A DNA stretch of 64,000 nucleotides from an uncultured Planctomycetia bacterium (GTDB taxonomy: Bacteria > Omnitrophota > Gorgyraeia > 2-02-FULL-51-18). Below are positions 51,601 through 60,100 of this stretch, piece by piece. The notes under the pieces are model-generated. The model had not been told where the DNA came from. It made no database searches and worked only from the letters and a program-made list of their open reading frames with translations. Numbering within the stretch: position 1 is the stretch's first letter; every line of letters begins with the position of its first letter. The DNA is taken from NCBI GenBank assembly GCA_964606485.1, contig CAZSGP010000005.1:139649-203648 (forward strand), written 5' to 3'. The translations under genes were made by a program, and so were the position numbers.

Positions 51601-54600
51601 TGCCAAATAACACCTGATGGGAAATATCCGCTTGGACGAGCCGCTCGTGCGTAATTTGGCGCGCTTCTTCGTTGTAATCTGCTCCAAACACGCGAACTGG
51701 ATGAGCCTCTAAATGAAGCCCGCGCGCGGTTTCGTTTTTAATCACGCCGTAAATAAATTCGAGGAGCATGCCGTTTCCACAACCCATGTCGGCGATGCCT
51801 TTGGGCTGTTCGTTGAGTTCTGCTTCTGAAAGAGCTGCGTCGCGGCGTCCGAAAATTTTAATCACGTTTTCCCGAAGATCCCGGAAATAAGTTTCATGGG
51901 AATTGCCACTGCCTTCTACGTTCATGGGCCGGTTGACGAGAAGCTCTTCTTTGTCCGGACCGCGGCGGTCAAAGTATTTTTCAATAAAATTTCGCTCTGC
52001 AAAAAATAAATAATACAAATTTGATAATTCAAAAGACGGCAAGTAGGAAACAGGAACTCCATAAGACCAGGCCTTGGACAGCGCGTAGAGCCCGCGCGGA
52101 GTAAACGAAACGGTGTCGTCGTTTATTTCAACCCAATGAAGCCGCGACAAAAAGTTAAACGCAATTTCAAGGCGCCGAGTTTGCCCGCCACAATCTTTTA
52201 TTTTAAAAGGACCTCTTAAATCAATAAGACCCCGGTCGGCCTTTTTGCGGATTTCAATCATGAGAGGTCCGGTGAGCATTCCGATCACAAGCGGACCGAT
52301 TAATGGAAGAGATGTTGATTTTAAAATGGCGCTGTCACACAAAGAAGAAAATTCCGCAGTTTTAAGCAAGTCCGCGGCCGGCGGATCGCGGGGATTTGAA
52401 AATAAAAATTCATCCATTTTTTTGAGTGTGGGAATAAAATCCACAAATTTTTCAAAAGATTCCGCAACTCCAAACACTTCGCGGCCCTGTTCAGTGACTT
52501 CGATTGTCATGGCCCCTGTCGCGCGCTTTCCAATGCGCCTGACCCACCCTTGGGCTTCCAAACCTCGGATCGCCCCGTGCAGATAACCCATATTGACGCG
52601 AACTTTACCCTGGCGGAGTGTGCTTGCAATGTCGCGCACCGTTACCGTCTTGCGGGAATCGTAGGTTTCATTTAGAAGCTCTAGCACCTTTTCACGGCGA
52701 AAAAATTCTAAAGTGGAGGCAATGCCAATGCCATCCGTGTGCCTAAAAATTTGCGGCAGAACTTCTTTTTGAAGTTCTTTATTTTTTCCAATTTCATTGA
52801 GAATTTTTTTGTTGGAGGATTTGACGGGTTCTGCGAGACGGGCGCCGGAGCTGTAGTGCAAACCCAAGATTTGAATCCCTGGGTCTCGAACGATCACCGG
52901 TAATCCGTTGTTTAATAAATCAAGTTTCGTATGATTCCCATAAAGCTTCCGATTGGCTGCATCAAAAACAACCACCTTCTCTTCGTCGGCTAAGTGCTCA
53001 AAAAAATCTGCGAAGTGCTTGTCTCCCTTGCCCAACGTACCGGCGGATTCTTCCGGATTAAATCGAGAACTTCCGTCAACGCTCACAATAAATCGCCGTC
53101 CGTCAATTTTGACCATAAATACTTTGACTGAAGCGTTTGTCGAACCCAAAGAAACGGAGGACTCATAAGCTTCTAAAAATTTAATGAGCCGCTTACGAAA
53201 CCACTCGCTCACAATTGTCCGGTGAGCGTCTTGCTGAAGAATAGGGTCTTTGGAGACATAGTTGCGCAACACCGCCAAGGGATCTTCACGGACTTCACAG
53301 AGCCGGTCAAATTGGCGCAAGTATTCCGCAGCCGTAATTTTTGCTTTGAATACATGACTTAAAAGCACTGAAGCAGCCTGGTAACTGCCAAAATGTCTGG
53401 GACTTTTATGAAAAAGAACGTTCGCCCATAGAAACGTGTTTAAATAAGCTTCCGCTGAACCATTTGCCGGGATCAGCGTGTTTCCAGACCCAGGGACGTC
53501 ACGATCCACAACCAGTCCTTGTCTCTGAATGATGCCCTCTAGCCATACCGGCCCCACCTGCAAACCGCCGTTGACCGAGATATCCGATTCGGTGTATTCC
53601 GCAGCGCCCGTGCCGCGATCGGAGTCCTGACATTGTAAATCAGTGGCGGCAAACATGGTGACCTGCTCGGGAGTGCTCCAGCCCGTAGCGACTATCAGAC
53701 GACCAGGACCTTCTTTGTTCACGTCTTCGGCAATTCTGCGCAGATCATTGTGCATGTGCTGTGTGGTCGCTTGCACATTTCCAAAATGCACAACTTGAAC
53801 GCCGGCTTTAACCAATTTGCGAATATTTTCTTCGGTAAAAGCCCGGAGCCTTCCAGCTTTTTCATCCACCAATCTTCCGTAATAGCCCAGCACCAGTTGG
53901 TCCGGGTTTAAATTTTTAATCTCCGGATCAAGTGCCATGAGCTTTGGGTCCTGTGAAACGCGGCGCTTGGCTTCTTTTTTAATCGCTAAAACTTGGTCAA
54001 TCGTTGGCGCATCCGGATCCGCCGTGTCTCCAAAAAGTTCAAGGCAGATGTTTCTAAAAAACTCGTTTGAAATTTGGTGATTGTCGCCATTCGTAACGGA
54101 GATCAGCCGAATGTTTCGATCAATCGGCGCCACTTCCTCCCGATGCACAGAGCTCACGGCATTTGTTCCATCAGCTGTGCGCAAACCGCCGCTGGTGTAA
54201 TCAATATCCGACAACCGGTCCATGTACCCCAGCCACTCATATGGCACATCCCCCTTCATGACGGTTGAACGCTCTGCATTGGAATAACGTCCCCGGTTGC
54301 GGTACGTGTGAGTGGTCATCCAAACCAAGGCATTTTTAAGAACACTTCCTTCATGCTCATACAAAACTCTCTTATAGAGCGGCAACAGTCCGCACTGCCC
54401 GTCATTGGCAAATAAAATCGCGTCTTTGAAAAGATTTTTAGGGGATTCTTTCTTACGTCTATTTTCTAAATAAGCCGTTAATTGCAGGGATGCTTTCGCA
54501 AAAAATTCGGTGAAACCCTGCCAGCTTGCAGAACCATACTCAGGGCCATAGCGGTAAAGGAGCTTGGTGTAAAATTCATGCTCATCTTTAATAAAATAAG

Positions 54601-57130
54601 TTTTAATTCCAAATCGGTTGTTGCCGCTGTAAACATGCACTTTCACATCTTCGTTCTGCACTCGAATTGAAAAATCCAAAGAGGTTTCATGCTTTAAATT
54701 CTCAATTGGAATCGGTAGATTGGCGTAATCAACCAGCACGAGCTCGTTCTTTGGGTTTAATTTTTTAGGGTAATACGGTTCGATGGTGACAATATCGGTC
54801 TTGTCGCCGACCAACTCTTTCATTTTAACGGTATGGTACTGTCCGACGCGTCCTAGACCTCCCGCCAAAAGCCAGGTTTCCGGAGAAATATAGTAAATGG
54901 TCCGCCCTATTAAATGAGACGCATGAGAATCAATCCAGTTGTCCACAACTTTTGAAGTGAGCATGAGACGAATGGTATCGGCTAAAGGCCGTCGCAATAA
55001 TCCGTTATTCGCCTGTTCTAAAGCAACTAGCAGCTTTTCTCGATTTGGGGTGCTTAAAAGTGAGACTCCTCTCAAAACGGGCCAACGACTCTCAACAGGA
55101 TCCAGCGGCCAATTTTCAGTGACATCGGCATACTCTTCAACGGCTACGCGAAACTCGTTTCGGGAAGCCACCGAACCTGAATCCAAGGTCTTTAAAATTC
55201 TCTCGAAATCACGGCGAATATATTCTGCATCGTCAATTTTGACAGCCATCAGGCGCGGGCGTACGGCCAAGGCATAGGTAGATCCTTGCTTATGCAAAAG
55301 TCCGAGCGACACGAGTCGTTCTAAAATTTTTTCGGCGCTTTCATCATCCCCCTCCAATCCAAATGCTTTAAACTTTCGCGCCGCATGCATCAGCACCTTT
55401 CGCAGGGCAATAGGTTTGCCTTCCAAATGAAGTAAAAAGGACCCGACAATATGGATCTTAAGCCAATCCGATGTGGACTCTCCCACACCCTCGACTAGCG
55501 AATCACTGTAAGGAACTATAGAAAGCCGCGCGCCACTCTGACGCACCAAATTAAGATCCGGACTCAATTCCCGTTTTAATCCTTCGAAATACGGCGTCCC
55601 CTCAATCAGCGGCGGGCTAATCGTATTTTTTGAGAGGAGGATTTTTTCATACCGGTCTTGATTGGTTTCGTAGTGCACATTCGGCTGAACGACGGCGTAC
55701 GCGTAACCATTTTGCTTAAAAAGTTCTTTCAGATGCGCGGTGTGGAAGCCTCCCGTTATAAAAATGACTGGCTCATTTTTATAACGGGAGTCCGCCGACG
55801 CTTTAGTGGCGGACTCCGCTCCTAAATATTTTTTAATATTCTCAATGAACGCTTCGTCGCGCTTACTGGCCACTTCATAAAATCGCTCAGCAGTCTTTAA
55901 GCTTTCTTCGATGATCGGATCAACCTGCAAAATTTCGTCGTCGCGACCCAAGTCATAAAGTTCACGGTTTAAAAATCCGAGAATCGTCATCATTTGAAAA
56001 CGAGGATCCTTTCGAAGAGTGAGGTACGCTTCATAATCGGCGCTTGAAATTTGAAGGGTTAAAAGATTTTGAGCCTTGGAAAGAATGCGGTCACTTTCGT
56101 ACAGTGCGCGAGCGTCTTCGGTGGAAAGAGCCTCCTGGTAAATGGCGTCTTGAAGATGATCGAGCTCGCCCAAAAGCGCCGAAAAATCAACCGTCGCATA
56201 GGCGCTTAGATAATCCACATAAGATTTTAAGTTGGGATAACGAGAAAGATCGCTTCCTTTATAAACGTCGAGGTCCAGCGCTGGACTTTTTGTGAGCTTA
56301 TGAATTTCCGGAGCGTCTCCCCCCATCTCTACTCGTTCAGCCAGCCAAGCTGTCTGTTCGTTTTGTGCTTTTACAAAATCAATCGACGACTCTGCTTCCT
56401 TTAATTTTTGAAGACTTAAAAAATTAGGGTACGCCAGTAAACTTAAGGAATATTTTTGAGCTGCCGAGGATAAGCGATCAAATATCTGTGTCAAATGCTC
56501 ATCTTTTTTTCCTAGAGTTTCGTCCAATTCTAAAAGATCGGCCGGATAGAGCTTCCGCTTGAGCGACTGTGCGCGCTGGACCATTTCATTGAGTGCTGCG
56601 AGCGATTTTTGGCGCGTTGCCGCAGACTCCGAATAAACTTTCAGACCTTCCTTATATAAGCGGTCGTCTTCGACACCCTGAAGCTTGAAATCCAAATCTG
56701 AAACTAGACTCAGATACTCCGCTCCATTCATGGATCCGTTATGCAGGTATTTTTCAGCAACTTTTTGACGAGTCGAACGAGGCGCAAGACTTCGGAGCGC
56801 GTCGAGTGAATCATCTTTTGAACCGCCCTCTAAAAAAACAGTTTTAATTTTTTGGGTTTTAATTAAATTTTCGAGGATGGCGGAAATATTTTTTTGCGCG
56901 GAGACGTTGGTGTGTGCGTCTTGGATGTGAATGATGAATGGTGCTGATGCAGAGTGAACTTCTTCCACTCGCCCGAAAGCCGGATCAATTTGAACTAGCG
57001 TTGCCTTCGGAGAGGAAATAGAAAACGAGAGACCGCCGGGTGCGGCCACTGATAAATCGGTGATCCCGAAGGACGCACAGAGAATGAGTGAAGTAGCTCT
57101 TAGAAAAAATGGGTATTTTTTATATTTCAT
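42674..57130 (-). CDS. Giant 4818-aa multi-enzyme protein. In order: signal peptide, N-terminal module shared with gene A, GlgA-like GT-B glycosyltransferase, class I SAM methyltransferase, AceK-like kinase/phosphatase, about 1400 aa of unknown function, FHA domain, C-terminal region. Punctuated by GARL[AS] motifs.
   Basis: A single uninterrupted ORF in the track. Domain motifs were read directly from the translation (see the sub-features below). The start ATG follows the upstream giant-gene stop by 12 nt, with SD AAGGG. Confidence 0.8.
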   Translation of the reverse strand: MKYKKYPFFLRATSLILCASFGITDLSVAAPGGLSFSISSPKATLVQIDPAFGRVEEVHSASAPFIIHIQDAHTNVSAQKNISAILENLIKTQKIKTVFLEGGSKDDSLDALRSLAPRSTRQKVAEKYLHNGSMNGAEYLSLVSDLDFKLQGVEDDRLYKEGLKVYSESAATRQKSLAALNEMVQRAQSLKRKLYPADLLELDETLGKKDEHLTQIFDRLSSAAQKYSLSLLAYPNFLSLQKLKEAESSIDFVKAQNEQTAWLAERVEMGGDAPEIHKLTKSPALDLDVYKGSDLSRYPNLKSYVDYLSAYATVDFSALLGELDHLQDAIYQEALSTEDARALYESDRILSKAQNLLTLQISSADYEAYLTLRKDPRFQMMTILGFLNRELYDLGRDDEILQVDPIIEESLKTAERFYEVASKRDEAFIENIKKYLGAESATKASADSRYKNEPVIFITGGFHTAHLKELFKQNGYAYAVVQPNVHYETNQDRYEKILLSKNTISPPLIEGTPYFEGLKRELSPDLNLVRQSGARLSIVPYSDSLVEGVGESTSDWLKIHIVGSFLLHLEGKPIALRKVLMHAARKFKAFGLEGDDESAEKILERLVSLGLLHKQGSTYALAVRPRLMAVKIDDAEYIRRDFERILKTLDSGSVASRNEFRVAVEEYADVTENWPLDPVESRWPVLRGVSLLSTPNREKLLVALEQANNGLLRRPLADTIRLMLTSKVVDNWIDSHASHLIGRTIYYISPETWLLAGGLGRVGQYHTVKMKELVGDKTDIVTIEPYYPKKLNPKNELVLVDYANLPIPIENLKHETSLDFSIRVQNEDVKVHVYSGNNRFGIKTYFIKDEHEFYTKLLYRYGPEYGSASWQGFTEFFAKASLQLTAYLENRRKKESPKNLFKDAILFANDGQCGLLPLYKRVLYEHEGSVLKNALVWMTTHTYRNRGRYSNAERSTVMKGDVPYEWLGYMDRLSDIDYTSGGLRTADGTNAVSSVHREEVAPIDRNIRLISVTNGDNHQISNEFFRNICLELFGDTADPDAPTIDQVLAIKKEAKRRVSQDPKLMALDPEIKNLNPDQLVLGYYGRLVDEKAGRLRAFTEENIRKLVKAGVQVVHFGNVQATTQHMHNDLRRIAEDVNKEGPGRLIVATGWSTPEQVTMFAATDLQCQDSDRGTGAAEYTESDISVNGGLQVGPVWLEGIIQRQGLVVDRDVPGSGNTLIPANGSAEAYLNTFLWANVLFHKSPRHFGSYQAASVLLSHVFKAKITAAEYLRQFDRLCEVREDPLAVLRNYVSKDPILQQDAHRTIVSEWFRKRLIKFLEAYESSVSLGSTNASVKVFMVKIDGRRFIVSVDGSSRFNPEESAGTLGKGDKHFADFFEHLADEEKVVVFDAANRKLYGNHTKLDLLNNGLPVIVRDPGIQILGLHYSSGARLAEPVKSSNKKILNEIGKNKELQKEVLPQIFRHTDGIGIASTLEFFRREKVLELLNETYDSRKTVTVRDIASTLRQGKVRVNMGYLHGAIRGLEAQGWVRRIGKRATGAMTIEVTEQGREVFGVAESFEKFVDFIPTLKKMDEFLFSNPRDPPAADLLKTAEFSSLCDSAILKSTSLPLIGPLVIGMLTGPLMIEIRKKADRGLIDLRGPFKIKDCGGQTRRLEIAFNFLSRLHWVEINDDTVSFTPRGLYALSKAWSYGVPVSYLPSFELSNLYYLFFAERNFIEKYFDRRGPDKEELLVNRPMNVEGSGNSHETYFRDLRENVIKIFGRRDAALSEAELNEQPKGIADMGCGNGMLLEFIYGVIKNETARGLHLEAHPVRVFGADYNEEARQITHERLVQADISHQVLFGNINDPALYEKNLNELLAPFDAKAQDLLHVRSFLDHNRPFVIPKDRKAAARRRTDSRAIYTHRGRIIPNGVLEQNLYEHFKSWASLSSRFGLLTIDLLSINPQIAARNLGSTLETAYFMSHLYSDQYLIEKENYLRILNEAGFESVDGFQNDYPKKDGMTTVVMGYWRAKSGARLAERPEFQGNGDESSSISKPIYVSDQRSNVSPDHIVRLILKAFDEYQSRYAEITARAQRVFELSLWEEGQKNAKERLNLYRDALTKVIAEIAPLMGDRLRDKKSWEALQKIYSLWLGERPDSDLAIIFFNSIERRIFKDVNTPIEYASEGVIHRYYRVYKDLSPETIARILKDAGFVEAPYENLERDSKLSAEMLEKDIRRYQEEKVFRTIRSIEIWKKIFFRNKGAYLVGRIRTDKKIVPFVIALVKTEKGIAVDAVLTNEADVSNIFGYTRIDFHVTGMNYYHELLDFLHSIIPNKSPSSIYSAVGFAHPAKLELVHNLRNHLETNPGEKFQWATGVKGMALDTFVLPTFGYVFKNARESTSKKSLLQREEGGVNIREFIKRMYRKVQGMDRVGRALNPITLQVLEFKESDFDPALLKELIEHATPQGEREPSNIILKDGKVIFKEVFAQRKLVPLDVFLDNPDVPEEKKTAAVLEWGYCLKDLAAAGIFVMDALPKNFGVTHFGRVVLYDFDDLENLEDMHFLPKITRVSDSEGMSLGEYFSAVSDVDQGVSLDFFPKWFLDYIPMAYRASFVKEHPDIIRYGYWINLQRKIKRGEIPDFFPYPQQRRLRPDNNSSSSVQWTDLDPNRQTAIEEAEKRVEDIYRVISNDQFFPNEVLERSILTLAAVQSDSSLEKVKKYFAQLTMDEEFRSLEPTVQATYVLALAKSGGNFEGVKKIKQELEKISKTDPKTLAIYTWAAVEMGSVKELAQWLDYFIQGYGNHAYLIDHLKAGDAAPAIEAIVKMDCFTWNVFDEAWMDVNASPAYNNIDYKSTFQRQLVFLSFRLLSGLDEINHAHQMLESSEIFRDIQQNSLEKSFLLLALASSEKTERLKAVKGARLASFSESNRSSIESYISSLRDNPKERENAVKDILAHTQGARLILMKGSDLEDYITLLVTAASRRLYVKGRSADDSDDNQNWPRQIVFNFDNEELIRVDNRIDDGFALELTRKIFQALKDKKGFTLNPNAFYAASSVEMALVGNQAKDKISILTLQSNAYQSYVELEPDRRAKYAKIAVDAMAWDGKTASGRRWLLLHTLLLFMHPDYNPEHLMSDLKGVRKTDYLPNAIELLNQYLLGGYRVTEADLKNFLKIPGVLETVKAHEETMQRRLKDSNATEYYEKIIEQYVLGGLINQEHALSVLKTGLIVLAAAHKNSSFYSTDEIKRFEEDQHDKKARWMVNPGIFTKKEKSEIEAFTPWKIDELAKGLDGVSASDLSELMRVLDCKNQKELVTLLIRRDKVRMEKKKYKGQNADLVRPVFFKLMFELSVLQKASDARKVKTTPPQGARLTSLPSSTIYSSWVRASDGKNLIWITLEGKKSGRKIERLLICPISVKPHDNGLLLNFVQANQTDLGALVSDNQQIQADYLFNEKNGTLSINGDSFDILEIEQTKWTYSQVAFEGWRPLPGMESAFTMREELLSVSDSIDTDEEPADHTKILNGKALGDLVIELNNEKAIRDNFRLTADKKGDLLVAPRGKAGNFPTKFVLNVLSGKAYVGDGSPSNPIALEFECVSKGKIKRKVFFSNGFHWDVYQDPESFTEPNRGVRERASNRKAHRAFIALRNAAECAIIGEPFKPGAQERLSAEADYNTEKIFYELHDSSITNPKEKNIFRWPVFRYFAKGRCYLLHPQARLRVVGTNAELEYYSSGPRGMSLKLKASLLQNEQRESAAACFLHYYSLGGNWSSSSVRYGFVEKIVDYKGSVKPSYTEAFRDLERGILDIDSDGSLFLIGKSANDYETYLRQLRKANSDFFIDNRVRYHQGKPVKIPDADLSVNYVQAAKDILRGFVVGSSNADFRFSGMSPEDYALHVQSATKPKQIKIEIEAFKKWAGDLRRFEIEGAPGFLISSEEVQRDLEMGLLQFFEGKLYSVSRTPLAYVELVKDLRKTNKDYYIRFAIDQSVVANPIELLTVPGLSQHILDGDIFVIPNERRDKIILKPGLKTYEEMIEFKKDNQSKTGFTRDKVKGSRLADLAPAELDRRLKVIASTLLTHRPKTQQEILDPANKFEKIREELIRSAGLRGVTNVMRNAPAMATILTVFKTQGLDETDPHLCARVLRLIDPPLKPAEIRASLFGLQYSAQDVLNAVHFFETKKSFIGVAMTPDEIRVIQAKEKLEELVDMEDIKTRQMLKEYFGRIRELKSPARSVKPLSIQNAPFMGDVWVRVGSAVYKIWYKQDSAGIHAYIQDYDKGAFRPTAPSLAFELGKPFRYGFQVSVHNNGNGNCSLNFLAQDASKETTLQWLGPVPESTMRIAAPPAQTVPVASTSRPAFTLAAANEFFIYQIYGYRLFLWRTKDQKFYNLDGFKQAVYKIGRGFDNDIVTDDNPRVSGEHVHLSFINGVWQIRDNASTNGTINQGQKVGNEYRNLIDTPNAARLSEKRNLTLDQTLSELRGLVQSGIVHTITITSQRNPGTKLELKITEPTKKGYEKRLEKFLREEGGQTKFQLNLLSNHAELSVMPLKISGARIAASHKAGAFPKLFPLLTGAFVTLVTLKSAEAVEIRTAPLSEINSNFKLENYPVLESGVADLAEAQRLSSQAKNSIEAQLEDLSIEESKAFVKAVADSISAKVAPGQTGTIPVPMELFLDANGNLKTQKALESLTSILNSSLEFDHVKGRLLELVLYGEASSDQAESIQNRLQKLSQSGVKLSFKPSADLNSLENEKLNVGTLYFPDRAKALQFSSAAPYAEVERGEVDGSSSAFYLLTVIALSKNLDPKSLPELLQKLVDVHFSGNRFRLLEPEKVFNTRLILSILALHTTQVAA
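43870..44060 (-). other. FHA (forkhead-associated) phosphopeptide-binding domain within the 4818-aa protein
   Basis: YKIGRGFDNDIVTDDNPRVSGEHVHLSFINGVWQIRDNASTNGTINQGQKV matches the FHA consensus (GR..D..L.D..VSR.HA.I......W.I.D..S.NGT.VNG). Confidence 0.6.
49250..50975 (-). other. Full-length AceK-like (isocitrate dehydrogenase kinase/phosphatase) domain within the 4818-aa protein
   Basis: ILKAFDEYQSRYAEITARAQRVFE, IFFRNKGAYLVGRIRTDKKIVPFVIAL, FGYTRIDFHV, MDRVGRA and DALPKNFGVTHFGRVVLYDFDDLENLEDMHFLP align with E. coli AceK (ILQGFDAQYGRFLEVT.., [67 protein letters not shown]). Confidence 0.65.
51100..51900 (-). other. Class I SAM-dependent methyltransferase domain within the 4818-aa protein
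   Basis: Motif I GIADMGCGNGMLLEF and an acidic motif II VRVFGADYNEEA. Confidence 0.55.
53500..54900 (-). other. GT-B fold glycosyltransferase domain (glycogen/starch synthase GlgA-like) within the 4818-aa protein
   Basis: N-terminal YYISPETWLLAGGLGRVGQY (compare GlgA ..SSE..PFAKTGGLGDV). C-terminal half begins LGYYGRLVDEKAGRL (compare vGRLteQKGidl), then ATGWSTPEQVTMFAATD...GTGAAEY...VNGGLQ. Confidence 0.5.
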
Positions 57131-57142
57131 AACCCTTAATTG

Positions 57143-60100
57143 TTACGCCGCTCTCTCCGCCGCGCGAGCAACATTGGCAGAGCGAATTTGTTCGGAAATG
57201 GCTTTCACGAGTCTGGCCATCACTGTGCGGCCACCCACGTTAACGGCTGTTGTTCCGAAGCGATTTCCAGATCCCAAAGACAGACCCGCCGACACGACAT
57301 CGTCGAGTGACAACTGTGAAACCGAGCCTTCCACGCCATAAACGAGCCAGCGTAAATCTCCATCTTTCAAATTTGGAGGAAGCTCTTCGTATCCAATGTT
57401 ATCTGCGTTACGAAACGCGATCACCATTTGCTTCAGTGCTGAAGGATTCAAATAAGGATTTGATCCCGCTTTGCGGCGCAGGGCTTTTAGGAGCGAATGA
57501 GCTAACGTTTGTCCATCCGTCCTATCGAAACAGAGCGTGTGAACCTGCGTTAAACGAAGGTGTTCGATTTCCCGATCTATTTTCTCTGCTAAGGCAGTGC
57601 TTGGCGTGACGAGAAGAATGGGCTGCCGGCTTGTCCTGATCTTTCGAAGGGCATGTTGGATGCTCGCCGGGTCGCTCTTTAAATCGGCCGGTAAAATCAT
57701 GGGGAGAATTTCCGAGGGCGCTTGAAGATTCACCACGCCTTGCGCAGAAAGCCCGGAGCGCACTGACTGTAAATTGGCTTGATGAACGGTCTCACTCGAA
57801 GCAAACGTGTTGAGATCTGCGCGAAGCGCTGCGGCATTGGAAATATTAAATTCATTTGCAGAAAATTGAATCTCATTCGCCTGCGCAGAAGGAACTTGAG
57901 AAATTGAAAATAGGATTAATTTCCCGGCTAGTAAAATCGGTACGATGGCTTTTTGGAGAGACCCTAGCGAAAGCGCAAGCCGGGAGCCCATCTCTTCTTT
58001 GGTCGCGGCATCGTCTGTTCCTTGTTTTTTAGAGGCCTGCGCGGCTTGGCGGCGAGTAGCACCCTTTAGCCTTGCTTCCACTCGTAGCGCTTTGGACGAA
58101 CGCTCCATTTTTCCGGAATCCGAAAGACGGGAGCCTGACGTTGCTTGAATTTCAAGAAGCGCTTCTTTAAAATTGGCCAGATGGTCCATTCCCTTGAGCG
58201 TGCGCCCGGCTTCAAATTCTTTTCTGGCTTCGCGACGTTCCTCGTTTAATTTTTCCAAAAGTGCCTGAATTTTTTTGTCACCCTGAACAATTTCAAATTG
58301 AGGGTTGAGACCCTTATCGATCCGGCTCTGCAAGGTCTTGTCTCGAATCAGCCTGGGCTCATTTTCCTTAACAAAAACACCGCTAGTTACTTCACCAAAA
58401 AGAATAATCCCTTGTTTGTATCCTCCGAGTGTTTCACGACGCTTGGCCACGATTGCTTCAAATTCTTTTTCATCAATGGCCAAAATATCCAACACCCGGA
58501 CAATTCCCGTTAAATCTTCCGGCGCTTTTGCCAAATCAGAAAATGCTCGTTCGGCCTCGTCAGAATAAACAAGCCACAACTTTTGCTCATGCTCTAAAAG
58601 TGAGGCGATTTGCTTGAGATTCGAAATTTCAAAACGCCATTCTTCAACGGTACCTTTAGAGTTCACCATCGGCATTTGAGCTAAATGAACTTTGTCTTTG
58701 AGTGTAGCCGCAACGCGTCTAGCAATCTCTTCGGTCGGCACCGACGCGGGCGTTAACAGATGGATGGGTGCGTAGACATGATCCCGGGTTTGTCCAAAAT
58801 AAACGAGTGTTTCGAGCGGTTTCGGGTGTTCAAAACCATTTTTCTCGCGCTCGATATAAACGGTAATCTCCGCCTCCCGACCGTCCGGATGCGAGGCTAC
58901 TACTTTCTTAGTCACAATCTTCGAGTCTTGCGCGAGGCGTGCGCCGGATGGACGTGCCAGCGAAGCGTCGACATCTTCTATGAGACCCCCAGTTTTAAAA
59001 TAGGTGATAAGGCCACGCGGGGGAAATCCTACAAGAACTAAACTCATCAAAGCATCGGTGATTTTTTTAATATCTTGCCACGACTTGGTCGAAAAAGTAG
59101 CTGACTCTCGGTGGCCCGGTATTACCTGCACCGTAACCGTTGTTAAAATATTATTTTTATCTTGGGCGTTCTTTATGTCGCGTGAGACCCAAAACTCGAA
59201 ATCACCGTACGGGGATCCGGCGACACCCCTACTCTCTGTTTCCTGATCGGCGAGGCGGGCGGCACTGAATGTGCGATACATTTGAATATACTCCTCCGCT
59301 CCGCCACCCTCAATCCAGTCGGGGTTGTAACGGGCAACTTGCAACAAATATTCAAAATATTGATCCGTTTGCTTGACGTTCAAAAAGTCAGCAACACGAT
59401 CTAATATTTGCTGTGCAGAAATCTGTCTTTGTTGGTCGGCTTCTTTGCCAGTATTTGCTTCAAAACCATCCACCAACTCAAGCGGCGTTCCGTTGGCTTC
59501 TTTAAAATCTTGAAGCCCGCCTCGGCTTGTCGCAATGACAGCATCTAGCAGTAAAGCCGCTTCCTGATTGCTGATTCCACCGGGCTCATCAATGGACGGC
59601 ATGAAGAAAAGATCCGAGCCCGCACAAATTTGCTTCGCTAAAACCGGATCAAATTTATTTTTAAATACAAAGCGGCCCTGATATTTAGGGTGCGCCTCTA
59701 AAAATGTCTTTAAAAATTGTTCTTGTTCTTTTCCGAGAGTATCTCCCGCTGTCCCTAACACCGCCATCTGAACGTTCATGCCGGAATCATTGCGGGTATC
59801 CAAAATTGCTTCAAGCAATGTTCGCCCATCACTTAAAACCGTCGAAAGAATATTCAATCCTTTTTGCTTAACAATTCGCGTCACGACACCCACAACTGTG
59901 GCATTGGCGTCTTGAGCTAAGCCCAGCTCCTGCTGAAGTGCTAATTTATTTTTTTGTTTCCAATCAGCGAGCGCTCTGCCGTCCATTTGGGCAAGCGGCT
60001 TGGACGGCTTTACAAAACGGGGTCCTGCCAAAGCTTTTAAATTTTCCGGTCGATGAGACTCAGCTTTGATTCGGTTATAAACAGGAGAAATTTTATAACT